DNA of 64,000 nucleotides, from contig NW_024704749.1 of the NCBI RefSeq assembly GCF_018977255.1, positions 17,980,001-18,044,000 of the forward strand. Direction: 5' to 3'. The notes under the pieces are model-generated. The model ran no database searches and was not told the DNA's origin. It worked only from the letters and a program-made list of their open reading frames with translations. Positions 1 to 12,387 of this stretch are shown here, in pieces. Each line of letters begins with the position of its first letter. The first letter of the stretch is position 1. The DNA comes from Callorhinchus milii (taxonomy: Eukaryota). The position numbers and the translations under genes were made by a program.

Positions 1-97
1 GGAGGCTCTGGTTCATGGACTGCAGTCCGGCCGGGATGAGCTTGTCCCTGCCCGGGAGCTGCTCGGTGCCCACCAGCTTCTTCAGCGCCGAGAACAT
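1..97 (-). CDS. RABL6: Rab-like protein 6, first coding exon (runs off window start)
   Basis: Minus strand from ATG at 97 reads MFSALKKLVGTEQLPGRDKLIPAGLQSMNQSL, matching the recalled RABL6 N-terminus MFSALKKLVGSDQAPGRDKNIPAGLQSMNQAL. Confidence 0.93.
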   Translation of the reverse strand, partial: MFSALKKLVGTEQLPGRDKLIPAGLQSMNQSL

Positions 98-475
98 GTT
101 GCCGGTGGGCGGACGCGGGCCTCCCCCGACTTCGGGGCCCCGCGCGGCGGCGGCGGCTGAGAGGCCCCGAGCGGCTGGCAATGGGGCAGGCGGGGGAAAC
201 CGCGGCCTCTTAGCCCATGGGGGTCAACCCGCCCGACCCGAGCAACCGCAGACCCTCCCCGGGGCGAGACCCCGGACGACAAGCGGGAAAGCGGCCGAAA
301 CCCCCCACCGTGTGACTGAGAGGCGCCGCCGCCGCTCCGCTCATCTCCTCGCCGCGCATGCGCCGAGCTCGCCCCTCCTCCCCCGGGCCGGCGCCGCCCC
401 GTGACGTGTCTCCCCCCTCCTCCTCCCCCCCCCCGCACCGAGCGCGCTGACGTCACACGCCGCCGACGTCATTTG
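98..475 (-). promoter_or_regulatory. CpG-island promoter/5'UTR of RABL6
   Basis: Very GC/CpG-rich. Palindromic CRE TGACGTCA at 448-455, second GACGTCA at ~465-471, NRF1-like GCGCATGCGC at ~354-363, GC boxes. Confidence 0.75.
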
Positions 476-525
476 GGAGCCAAAGTGTGACCCTGTCTTA
501 TTAAGTCGTCATCATCATCATCATC

Positions 526-855
526 ATAATAATAATAATAATAATAATCTTTGCATTTGATATAGCGCTTTTCACGTCGTGAGGACGTCCCGAAGCGCTT
601 CACAGAACACACTGTAAAGTGAATTGACTGTATCTTTGTGGGCGAACGCGGCAGCCAATTGCGCACAGCAATGTCCCACAAACAGTCATGGATTGAAAAT
701 GACTAATTTATTATTGTTTTGTTTTTTTGGAGGGATTATTATTAGGCTCTGTGTGGAGTAAGGAAACTTGCCCGAGGTTTCGCCCTCTGCCGGGGATTGA
801 ACTCAGGTCTCTCGCTTGCAAAGGGAGTGCTCTAACCACTGAGCTACAGGACTCC
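526..855 (-). mobile_element. tRNA-derived SINE with L2-type 3' tail
   Basis: Minus head GGAGTCCTGTAGCTCAGTGGTTAGAGCAC...GAGTTCAATCCC has Pol III A and B boxes; tail ends GCGCTATATCAAATGCAAAG(ATT)n. The family recurs throughout the window. Confidence 0.8.
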
Positions 856-1194
856 ATCATCATCATCATCATAGTAATAATAATAATAATAATAATGATG
901 AATAATTATCCTGGCGTTCAGATTTTCGGTACGGCGTCTTCTCACGTCGGAAGGACACCTCCCGAAGCGGCTTTGCAGGGATTAGGGAAGGCGGCTTCTC
1001 TCAGGCGGTCCCGCGGCCAACTCGTGCATGTTTATAGTTGCGTCTATCAATATTTATGTTCATCAATATTTATATTTGTGTGTTTTCGTTTGCTTGTTTA
1101 CAGCAGCACTTGTCTAACCAGCCCTAAGCTATGAGGCATCTGCGGGTCTGCCGCTGGTTCCTCAGCACGGTTTTCGTGCTCCCAGGAAGACAGT

Positions 1195-1450
1195 GGAACA
1201 AGAGGACACAGGTTTGGAGTTGCAAATTGCAATTTCGAAACTTGACACCGGGTCACTTTTTTTTTTTACCCGGGGGGTAGTTAACGAGTGGAACAGGTTG
1301 CCAGGATGGGTGAGTTGAGACCAGGGCGCTGGACTCATTTAAAAACGGCTTGATGCAACGAGATGGAAGACGATAGAATGAGTATTTTGGAAGAATTACA
1401 TCAAATGGGCGAACGTACCTTCTTCGTTCAAACCAATTTTTCGATCTTGT
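1195..1450 (+). mobile_element. CR1-type LINE 3' fragment
   Basis: AGAGGACACAG...TTTTTTACCC...GGTAGTTAACGAGTGGAACAGGTTGCC is typical of CR1 3' ends; similar remnants at ~2190-2350, ~7680-7890 and ~15300-15420. Confidence 0.6.
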
Positions 1451-2781
1451 AGGTCAGACAGCAACTTAATTTGTGTAGCAACCTTTAATAAAGGGTATCT
1501 CAGATATCTGTTCTTGTTGCTGTTGCCTCCAGGTTGACTCAACTGTGTTACCGGTACAAACAAAGCAGAGGTGAAACTTGCCCAACCAGTGCTTTTAAAA
1601 AAAGTAATTTACCTTAATTATTAAACATGCTTTTATTCATTTTTGTAACAAACCCAACAAACCTTCTGGACTCTTGAATAAAAGTCAACAGCATTACATG
1701 CCACCTCCGGAACATACTCTCCAGACACTACCATAATGGAAAAAGGTCAGTGGACTTATTCTCCCAGCTGGTAAGGACCTTTATTGGGTAATACTTTACA
1801 CAGGTGGGATTTTTACATACATCGCTCAAATGTGTGTCACTGTTATCAAAAGACAAGTCTTCTCACTCTGAGTGAACAGCTTGACAACAGCACCCTGTTG
1901 GCTCCCCTGAAAGAGAATGCACAAGGTTTTATAATAATAATAATCCTTGCTTTTGATACAGCGCCTTATCACCTAATTGAGGCATCTCAAAGTGCTTCAC
2001 AGGATATCCTGTAAAGTGGATTGACTATATTTTTGGAGGCAAAACACGGCAACCAATTGCGCACAGCAGTGGTGGATTGAGTGACCAGATTTTTTTTCTG
2101 GAGGGATCATTTCCCACATAAATAGTCACTGGCAAGGGATTGCATGGTTCAAATCTAATTGTGAACCTTGCCTTATCGAGTACTGTAGCACAGTTTCTTT
2201 CAATGAGTGGAATAAACTACTCAGGGACACAACAGAGGCAGAGAATGTCAACAAATTCAAGAGAGAATTGGTGAAGTTGCTGTATTAATTGAGGGGTAAG
2301 AGGCCCCAGAGATGAATATTGCAATGGTCTTATCCAGTTCTGTACCTTCCAATGTATCTATGTGTTGGCGGAACTTCCTTTGGATAATAATTGTCACAAC
2401 TATATGGGGATAATTTGTTTGCTTACCAGAGTCTCTCTCTCAGTCTTCCCTTGTTCCAATGCCTTATACCTTAAAAATCCCTGGGACCAGACAATATTGA
2501 AAAACTCCCATCATAATTGGGCCTGTCAAAAAAATGCATTTCTATTACATATGCGTGTAATATTGTGGAGTGAAAAGTGTGATAGACACAATCCATTTAG
2601 AGACATTGGGTGGTGTGGTGGGTAAAACACTGGGGTCCATAATTTGCTGATTGCAAACTTCATTTTCACATAATAATAATCCTTATCTCGTCTTCAAGAC
2701 GTCTCGACACGCTTCACAGAATATACTGTAAAGTGAATTGATTGTATATTGTGTGAGTGAAACAAGTAACTCTATTTAGTT

Positions 2782-2970
2782 CAAAACACAAAATACTGCA
2801 GATGCTGGAAATCTGAAACAAAAACAGAGAGAGAAGAGAAAAAAGAAAGTGAGTCAACGTCTCGGGTCCACGACCCTTCATCAGACCCAAAACGTTGACT
2901 CACTTTTCTTTCTCCATAGATGCTGCCTGACCTGCTGAGTTTTCCCAGCTCTCTCTGTTTTTGTTTCAAC
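2782..2970. mobile_element. Penelope-like element remnant with inverted arms
   Basis: AAAATACTGCAGATGCTGGAAATCTGAAAC...AGATGCTGCCTGACCTGCTGAG; 15-bp inverted repeat at 2846-2860/2892-2906; related fragment at ~42995-43110. Confidence 0.55.
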
Positions 2971-4979
2971 TCTAGTTGATCACCACACAACATTCCTACT
3001 ATTCAATCAGTGGGACTGGCTTGTGCAGTGGAATAGAAGCTATTCTTCCAGGATCAGGAACTTTAACGGGTCAGTGAAACCATTCAAAATTTACAGGGCA
3101 AAATGGACAGTGCAGTAAGCTACAATATGCCACAGCTAACTTGGCAGTGGCAGACAGGATGACAGAAATCTTCAAGATCTATTTGATAAACGCAGCAATA
3201 CAGTACTGCTCCAATATGCGTCACGTACATCATTCATAATGACGCCTTCCCCTTGTAATAAATGGGCTGAGGAGAAATTCTACCTGCGTCTAGATTTACT
3301 TTATTTAACTAACATGTCAGAGCATCAAAAAATTGTCAAATACTTAAATGCATTCTTGATTCTGAAGCCGCCTTTCTGTGCATTTCTTTGAAAAAAATAC
3401 AAGGTGTAAATTCTGAAATGCTGCCGTGTGGAATTGCTCTCCATAGATACTGTATGTCAATGGAGTTGACTTCACATTCTGGGGTGAAATATGGAGTATC
3501 TGATAATGTGCTCCTTGTAATAATACAAAGAACACATTATGAATGATGCAAATATCACTCCTTTCTCTTTCGTTTCTTCCGCTGGCACCTCACTGTTGGT
3601 CACACCAAGGATTCCATGCTTCCCTCAAAGCTTGTATCAGCAGCTGGGATTGACTGGCACTGAACCAGGATTTAATGATTCGTTTTTGAGAGAAATGTCA
3701 AATCATTTTCAATCTCAGTCGCATTTCACATATCAAAGTTCACCAATGAGCACTCGTACTACCTGCAGATAACAGGAATGCAAATTTGAATTTCCATTGG
3801 CGCAGGGTTATCACACACCTTTAAATACTTTGGCTTTAAAGTGGATAAACAGGATACCTGATGACAAACAATGGATGCAGTTTGTATTCACTGCTTGTAT
3901 TTATAAAATGCTTCATTGTTTTTCAGTTATTGAAGTCCAATATGTGGGTTGGGTTAATCATGGGGAAACTAACCCAGGAGCCCTCAATTCCGTACTTAAT
4001 CACTGTAAGATTACAAAATCACCTGTAATTCCTTTTATTGTTCATTACATAATGAAGGGCACCTTACAACACAGCAAAAATAACTTGCATTTAGGTAGCA
4101 CCTTTCACACTTCAAATCATTTTACAAAACACAGCAACTGATTCGAAATTAAGTTTATGTTGTTACATGGGTGAACATGGGAAGTTAATCTACACCGGCT
4201 CTGTCCCGAACACAACAGTGAGATGAGCATCTAGTTAATCAATTTGGGAGTAGATTTGGATTAGGAAATGCAAATCCATGAGAGAGATTCCATGTTTCTA
4301 TGAAACAGCATTGCTCTGACCTCTATTCACGAGTGTTTGCATGTGGTTAAGGCAACCTGCAAGTTTTGCAAACAAGGTCTTAACCCCAACCCGCAAATTA
4401 AATCAGATTGATGTCAGACTCATTGCGTGACAGACAAACATGCACAATTGGCCGCCGCATTTCGCCCATTAAATATACAGTCAATTCACGTTATGGTACA
4501 TTCTGTGAAGTGCTTTAGATGTCTCGAAGACGCGAGAAGGCGCTATATCAAATGCAAGGGTTATTATTATTCCCCAAACTGGAATAGCTTGTTTATCAAA
4601 CAATGAGACTGACATCAATGTGCAGCCAATACTCCATCCCCTTTTCCTTTATGACGCCAAAGTAGCTCCTCTGATATCACCACAGCTTCCTCACGACGTC
4701 ACAAAGCGGTTCAATCACATAACTTAAATAATATTCAGACAGGCTTAATTCAGCCGCTTCACACGTCACATCTTTCTTAATGATACATTGAAGGCAGTTA
4801 TGTACAATGGCGTGCTTTAATTTCGTTCTCGTGCACTTGTCCTTATTATCGATCGTGCCGAGGATTTCAGGCTTCTACCACAGTTCGTTGCAGTGGTTGA
4901 GAGGAGAGTAACTGCAATGGTATATGATATTTTCTTTCAGTGTGAGAAACTCTAACCATCAATAACTGATCTAAACTGC

Positions 4980-5160
4980 CCTTAACATCTGGAACTCACT
5001 CCCTCAACCCCTCTGCCTCCCACCCTCTCTATCAGTCTTCAAGTCCCACCTTAAAACTTACCTCTTCGATCACCACCTCCCCCTCTCCCTTTCACCCTAT
5101 TCCCCCTTCTTACTGCTAAGCACCCGTCCAACCCAACCACTGTAAAGCGCTCCAAGTTCT
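4980..5160 (+). mobile_element. L2 LINE 3' fragment
   Basis: ATCTGGAACTCACTCCCT...TTCAAGTCCCACCTTAAAACTTACCTCTT...TGTAAAGCGCT, the canonical L2 3' pattern. Confidence 0.6.
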
Positions 5161-5324
5161 TTATCAAACCGGTTTCAAAATGATTACGAGGCATTTCAGG
5201 ACTCTGAATTTTAAGTGCTTTTGGGATATGTTCTTATGTCCTTTGGGAGAAATTCATCCAACGTGTGATTACCTGATAGGGTTGAATCTGAGCTCTCTGG
5301 CAGTTAAGTAGTCATTCTGTCCAA

Positions 5325-6812
5325 TTACACTGGTTGACCATTTGTAGGAGGATTGATCACCCCTGGCAATGGAGCAGGTTTTCTATTTGAGCACTCCAAC
5401 TGTCCAGTGAGTGATGATTCTGTTGCCTGGTCATTTCTTGGGCAAAGTGCTTGGATGACTTGGGAATCCAGTGATGAAAGCGTGTTAGATCCTATACAAC
5501 ACTGTGGGCATTGTGACCGATTTCCCTGGCAGCTGAATGCTGGGCGCAGGACACCTCCCAGAGAGCCTCGTGGGCACAGTGTCCGATTACCCTGGCAATC
5601 TTGCGACGGGCGCAGTGTAGGTCCTGGACAAATCCGTGGGCATTGACTCCAAGATACTAGGCTGCCCTGTGATGGGCGCAGTGTAGCTCCTGGACAACAA
5701 CCCTGTGGGCATTGAGTTCCTTGACCATCCTGTGATGGGCGCAGGTTGGGTCCTAGACAGCTTCGGGGGCACTGGCAATACTGTGATGGCCTCAAAGTAG
5801 CCCCTGAGCATTGTAACCAATTTCCCTGGCAATCCTGAGATGGCTGAATCTTGGGTTTTGGAGAGCTTGGTGGACATTGGATTTGAGTTCTCTGGTAATC
5901 CAGTGAGAAATATGCCTTATTTCCCTGATAGCCTGGTAAGGAAGGTGTATTAGTTCCCATGTTTCCTTGAGGCAGAATCACCTTAGTTCCATGGGAGTCC
6001 AGGAGAGAATGGTTCTTAACACCCTGACTGCTTGAGGGAAGAAACGTCTTTGTTCCTGGAGGGCCTATTGGGGGAAGCGTGTTAGATCCCTGTTCATCCA
6101 CTGGGAGAACCACTGTAGCTTCTTGATTGTCTTGTACTAGATTCAGCTGAGTTTCTTGTCTCTCATGTGAGTAGTCAAGTGAGGGAATTTTGCAGCCAAC
6201 CAGCTGAGGGTTCACCTGAGTTCCTTGGCTATCTAATGAAGGCTGTATCTGAAATGTCTTGCTGTCTCCTGAAGGAACTGTCTGAGGTTTGGGGTATTCT
6301 GTTGAGTTAACCACCTGAGTTATGAAAAAGTCTTTTGGATAATGTGTCTGATATGTTCGGAGATCTTGTATATAGCATGGCCCAGTTCCTCGGTGATTAA
6401 GGCACAGATTAACTTGGTAGGTTTGTTCTTTACTAGTCACAGCCCTTTGTCGTTCCCGTGGGATATCAATATGAATTCCTTTGCATTCCAGTGTTAGCTG
6501 CATCTGTTTTTTCATGTTATCTCGATGGGAAAGTCTTCTACCGTTGTTGGGACTGCCACGTGAGGGAGTTCTGTACCTGTCCCGAAAGGTCTGCGGGCGA
6601 GGTCTGTGGGTGTCTTGAACACATGTCTGATTTGTCAGGTACTCCAGCAAGACTATATTCCTTCTGATAGCTACTGGTGAGACCTTTTCAATGAGGGGGG
6701 CGCTTTTTGGGATCTGATAATTGGGAAACCTAAATTTCTGTTGCTTCAGAACTGTCCAATTATTCATCCCAGAGCCTGGCCAGGAACGCCGGCAAGGCAC
6801 CGATGTGCCCAT
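5325..6812 (-). CDS. Uncharacterised ~495-aa Q/C/P/G/S-rich protein with degenerate 11-aa repeats (single coding exon)
   Basis: Stop-free frame 6980-5325. Best start is ATG 6812 (aagATGG, strong Kozak); ATG 6917 is an alternative. Repeats such as LRPSQDCQGN..QCP. Donor CAG|GTAATC at 5273, possible 3'UTR exon from 3762, AATAAA (minus) at 3300-3305. Confidence 0.6.
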   Translation of the reverse strand: MGTSVPCRRSWPGSGMNNWTVLKQQKFRFPNYQIPKSAPLIEKVSPVAIRRNIVLLEYLTNQTCVQDTHRPRPQTFRDRYRTPSRGSPNNGRRLSHRDNMKKQMQLTLECKGIHIDIPRERQRAVTSKEQTYQVNLCLNHRGTGPCYIQDLRTYQTHYPKDFFITQVVNSTEYPKPQTVPSGDSKTFQIQPSLDSQGTQVNPQLVGCKIPSLDYSHERQETQLNLVQDNQEATVVLPVDEQGSNTLPPIGPPGTKTFLPSSSQGVKNHSLLDSHGTKVILPQGNMGTNTPSLPGYQGNKAYFSLDYQRTQIQCPPSSPKPKIQPSQDCQGNWLQCSGATLRPSQYCQCPRSCLGPNLRPSQDGQGTQCPQGCCPGATLRPSQGSLVSWSQCPRICPGPTLRPSQDCQGNRTLCPRGSLGGVLRPAFSCQGNRSQCPQCCIGSNTLSSLDSQVIQALCPRNDQATESSLTGQLECSNRKPAPLPGVINPPTNGQPV

Positions 6813-7018
6813 CTTATTCGTTAAATGGCCTAATACCTGACTCAGCCTCTCACAGAGGGTTACAAGGTGCTGACTGGCTATGGTGCTGATGTCACGAACA
6901 CTGTAACGTAACAGCATATTGGTTGCTTGGTAACTGCCTGACACTGACAGTAGGAAATTTGCTGTGCAATGATAGTCCACCAGATACAGCAGTCAGGAGC
7001 AGCCTGACGACTGACAGG
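6813..7018. promoter_or_regulatory. Putative bidirectional promoter with RFX X-box
   Basis: GTTGCTTGGTAAC at 6922-6934 fits the X-box consensus; CRE-like TGATGTCA at ~6887-6894; lies between two divergent ATGs (6812 -, 7019 +). Confidence 0.6.
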
Positions 7019-10000
7019 ATGAATGTCGGGAAGCATAGCCTCTTCACCCCAGAACCACATTACATCCCTGGGTAGGTGATGCTTTCTATGGGCGCGTATT
7101 AGGATTGGGTTTAAAACATAAAACTACAGCCTTTAATATGAATTATTGCTTTATGACTATAATAAGAATATCAATGATCTGTTGTCAATACACCCTGACA
7201 ACAGAGTCTATTGACCCCAAATTCCACCTCATCTTACATTAAGACTTGATTTCGAAGCCAGAACCGAGAAAAAAATGACTTCAAAATGAATATCACCAAG
7301 TCCCTTCTTGAAGATGAACTCTATTCGGTGATTGCTGAATACATGTCACTGGCAGTGTCCAGCAGAGAGAAATATTTTACTCTGCAGAGTTCAAAGTGTT
7401 CAAATGGCTTCAGGAGAGGAGAGAAGAGAGAAAATTGATGAGAAGAGAAAAAAAGGATATTCAAACACTGTGTTTATTTGCAATAATAATAAAAATCCTT
7501 GCTTTTGATATAGCGCCTTATCACGTTGTCAAGACGTCTCAAAGCGCTTCACAGGAATCGCTATAGCGTAAGAACTGTGTATTTGTATGTAAACGTGGTA
7601 GCCAATTTGCACGCAGCAATGTCTTACAAACAGCCGTGAAATGAATAACCAATTTTATCTCGGGGGTCGTGGCCAGGAATAATAATATAGACTTGATAAT
7701 GAAGAAATCTAACATGGTTAACAGCTGTGGCCTTCACACTATTATGGAACAGGGTTATGCGGAATGGTGGTTGAGACCAGGATACTGGACTCACTTAAGA
7801 AATGGCTGAATGGGAGAATGGAAGGGTGGGGATCTTGGTAGGATAAGAACTCAGCCCCCTCTTCTTCTGACCTCTCTTACGATCTTATGCTATATAAACA
7901 TAAATTTCTATTTTGTGTGCATGAGACACAAATACAAAGTCACTCCATTTCACAGTAAATCCCGAAGAGCGATTTGAGACATTCTTCTGATATAAGGCGC
8001 TATATCAAATACAAGGATTATTATTATTATACTGTCACATTGATTTCAAACTTTTTTTCCAAATAACACTGGACTTTCCTGGCCAAGCAACTAACTAAAT
8101 ATTCCTGCAGGCTGATTGACATTGGCCCAAAATATCTGGATGTGTAACTTATATATTCCGCTGTACTTATATTGTTGTGTGGGACACTGGGTGTGGAATT
8201 GTAATATATGTATAAATACCTTTGTTCACATGTAGATATGCAGGATATTGTCCCAAATATCCACATCAAACTGGGAAGACCTTTGGCAAAACCACATTGG
8301 ATCTACTGGCTTCTCATGCCAATGAAGGATCACACTCTCTTCTGGCACCTATAAATGCGCCTCAGTACTACAGTGATGATGAGAACTGCATACCCTATTC
8401 ACCGGGTGTATCAGACCAGATCTTTGGAGAAAAGCTCATTCCTGGCTACACCGGTGAGTCAGATATGGTATGAGTTTTATTCTGAATAGAAAACATTCCG
8501 TTTATGATATTGCTTTTGTTTTTTTTGGTCAGCTAATTGTCCAACACATGCAGAAGCTCATCTCCAAGCTTAAGGTATCCAAACCAGATTGAACGTTCCA
8601 CGTATGTGTGCCACCAAACATGTGGGGTGATCCTAGCTGGACAACCAGTGGGAAGCTTGCCAGACAGCGCTTTCAATGAGAATCTGTGACGTTTTAGCTG
8701 GTTAAACCCCAGCAGTACCCCCACTGCACACTTGGGTCCCAAACCTTCGCTTTTTTCAGCCTGCACCTAATACTCTGCAGAATTAGACATGTAGAATGCA
8801 TACCTCCAGGAAGAGAGTACTCATTCCATTCTAGATACAAGAAAATTAATATCATTGTGGTAGACAAGATTGCAGAGAATAAATAGATTTTGTTTGCTAA
8901 GAACTAATGCAATCGCCAACTACTTTATCTTTCCAACTTCAAACTGGATTGCTTCCTTCCACTTCCCAAATTGCTGTCATATTCCTGTAAAGTGTTCCAA
9001 GATGCTACCCTCATGAAGGGCATTAACCCTATGTTATAATGAACCAGATCAGTATCCTTGTTCCATACTTTCATATGTCCTTATTCTATATCATCAGACT
9101 TTTCCTTTACTCATCAGGATATGTTCCTCAGAGGATGTACAAGTTTGGGAATAGCTACAATAAGGAGTCTCTTGATTGTGGAATGGAATTATTGAAGAAT
9201 AAAGTGGATTACCAGAGAAAAAAGAATGAACCGATACTCCTCACCTATAGAGATGGCGGAACAAGGGTATAAATTATGAGACACAGTGGGCATGTCATGG
9301 CAAGAGAAAACAATGTAGTCAATACTCATATGAACCTATACTGTCAATGGTAGGAAAGCAGTAGGAAGGGGATGGGGTACAGCAGAGATGTCAAACAGCA
9401 TAACCAGAGCTTACACTGATGGGACATATTGGTAGAGGGTGCGGGGTACAAAATATATAACGACATTCAAGTACAGCTGGGAGGAATAGAGTATTTGCCT
9501 ACAAATGCAATCACTCCACTTAACAATATTTACTGTGTTTTGAGTGTTTCAACATTATCGATGCTATATCAAATGTAAGAATTATTATTCCTGATATTAA
9601 TAGTAAACACTCGCACTGGCAGTATACAGATTTATGTGTTCCACCCTGGCATTTCCTTCTCAGCTGGCAACCTCTGGTGAGAACAGGCCATTGAAAGCAG
9701 TGGCTTCAAAAGTTGATCCAGTGAGTTGGACTCATCTGTACAAGCACAAGCATCTCTTTACCACACAACCTCCTGAATTACAGAGGAGAGGGATTGCAGG
9801 TATGTTTTTACTATCACATTAGAATATAGTTTGGAGTAAGATGAAAGGTTAATCAATGTTTAAAAAATCCAGTCAATCAACGCATTATTTTACGACCACA
9901 CAAGTGAGCTTCAAGTTTGCTGTGAAGGAACAACTGAAAAATAGTGTTCCTTCGTTGCTTGTCTGAGGATGCAGATAAATGCTTGTCTGAGCATAACATG

Positions 10001-11228
10001 CACTGCAACCCACTACTGACGCCATGTGGAAGTAGTTTCAGAAGCAGTGATCACAGCATAAATGTGGTGACTCTAAATGCCCTGGCCTTGCTCCCAGTGC
10101 TCCTTTCAAAGGTCTCAATTTGTCCGGCCTGAAAACGTTGAAAGGATTACTTTCAATATTGTTACTTTAGTGAAGTACTCAGCTGAGGACAGCGCTTTCT
10201 GTGGGGAAAAAAACATTGATAATCTCCTCTCACTGTTTAGTGTAGGTTACACAGGATTTGTTCCTGAAATATCAAAGATTTACTCGCATCCTTATTCTGA
10301 ACGTGTGAAACAAGCCATGGATACGTTCCAGCATAAGCAGGTATTTACAACTATTCCTGCAAAGGTTCCTACTGAGCATTTTTCAGGAAGGAAGGTTTCT
10401 TGAAAAGTGCTATTGACACGGGGCTTGAAGCCACAACCGTCTGACTCAAGAGAGAGTGGTACTACTGAACCAGGTGCTAAATCAAATGCAAAGATTATTA
10501 TTATATGTATTTGTTATCTAGCACCTATTGGTAATGTATTGATGGTTGTTTTTCAGTTCTCCAAACTGTTTGCTGTTGTGTTGATATGTTGTTAGTTTCA
10601 TTATTCTATCGGTATATTTTTTAAAAATGTTGATTGAAATATTGTATTTTTAAGTTATGAAATTTCACGTAATGGAAATATGCTAATCGTGCAGTTTTCA
10701 TGCCACGAACATTTTCATTTCAGTATTTTTCAAGGAACAAAATCAAATCTTGCCCAAAGCCTTTTGTCTCCCAAGTTGATAATGAGATTTACCACAAAGC
10801 AGGAATGGTCCCTCATTATGGAGGTCATATGCCAGGTATGTGTATCAATCTTTAAAAACCTCTGCATTGTAGTCACTAAATACATACTGTATCCAACAAT
10901 TTGCAAGGGATTAGGGAAGACTTAATTAGACCTTCAGCAATTAAGAATTTAGAAAGATTTATAAAGCTACATTGAGGAATATGAAGGTGAAAAAGCTAAA
11001 AAAAAAAACTTATTGAACTTTACATTAAAAAGATTACAGACCTAATTTGAGAGGTAACTGGTTTGTCTATTTTGTGGGTGTGTTCTGATATACCTACATT
11101 AATAGTTATAGAATGACAGAATAATTCTTTATTTCAACAAATTCATGTTTGCAGGCAGTCAATTTGGTGTTGGAAACACATTTGGTCGGAATTCTAGGAA
11201 TGCCTATCAGGAAATCCATATTCCTTAA
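7019..11228 (+). CDS. FAM166A: Ciliary microtubule inner protein 2A / FAM166A-like, 7 exons, 278 aa
   Basis: Exons 7019-7071, 8236-8453, 9118-9266, 9664-9799, 10246-10340, 10724-10835, 11155-11228, all GT-AG and phase-consistent (837 nt). N-terminus [24 protein letters not shown], repeated PGYxG(Y/F)xP motifs, AATAAA at 11372-11377. Convergent with TUBB as in human FAM166A-TUBB4B. Confidence 0.88.
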
Positions 11229-12387
11229 AATTCCAAAATGTCATTGCATAAAATTGTACTATCAGGAAGTTTTTGAGTGGATGACTTTGGAGTTTTTGAG
11301 ATGGAAACACAGAAAGGATGAAATAATACAGAACAGAAAGTGAAAGGTCAGAAATGAGCTTTAATGTGATGAATAAACAATACAGTAGTTGGAAGTATTG
11401 AACACTGTATAGAAAATATTACTCCTCAACTTTGTAATCCTGGTATGTCGGATGCTCAGATATGTATTAACAACTGAACTGCGATCTGGAAATTAACCCA
11501 TAAAGTAATGTCATGAATAGTTTCTCCATGAGCTCTTGGTGATTTATAAGAACATTTGCTTGCACCAAAGAAAAATTTTCAATGCATAATGCTGATGAGA
11601 AATTTCCTCTGGGCGTGAGGTCATAAGCATTACTTCTGGGTTGAAAATAACGCTTGACCATCAACTCACATATATGTAGTTTGACATTCTATTGCATTGA
11701 TTAGAGATGCACTTTAAATTGCTGCTGGATAATGCTTGCCAGTGAAAATATTGAGCGCATAATCTAGGCTGATACTCCCATTGAATTGCTGGGGGGTGGG
11801 GTGGGGGTTGCACTGTCAGATCTTCTGTTCTCTGATTGAGATGTTAAACCAAAGCCCCATCTGCATTGCCTGTAAAACAATTACCTGTGAAGTCTTTTGA
11901 GATGTTTACATATAGGTTTTCCTGATGTGAAAGATGCTATTTACTGTAAATGTAAATTTGCTTTGTTTTGGTGCTACATCACATGCAAGGTTTATTGTGC
12001 GCTCAACCATCCTTTTCAGACACCCTCCTGGAACACAGGATTATGCCAGTTATGGAACAAGTGAGGTGCATTAAATTATTTAGTAGCTGCATTAAATAGA
12101 TTGATTCAGCTACAGGAACAAATACATTCTTGTATTTGAAATAATTGCTTATCATCATCAATATTATCCCAAACCTTATCAGAGCCTTCACAATACATAG
12201 TACTTTGAAGTGTACTATATTTACATAAACAAATGTGTTTTTTTCATGAATTTTGAATGAAAAATATTGGCCAGGACACATGGGATCTTTATGCTTAAGA
12301 GATAGAATCAGGACCACTTTCCTCCACCTTATCACCTTGCCAAGGTCCACTGGCATCCCACCACATACAAATTGACTTAATGATCGT

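Noticed and set aside
780-855. tRNA-Ala(TGC)-like sequence (also ~24480-24553)
   Set aside because: It continues directly into a SINE body in multiple diverged copies and lacks a proper acceptor stem; it is a SINE head, not a tRNA gene.
5325-6980. Naming the orphan ORF STPG3 from position
   Set aside because: No STPG-type PGP repeats or recognisable similarity; synteny alone is insufficient.
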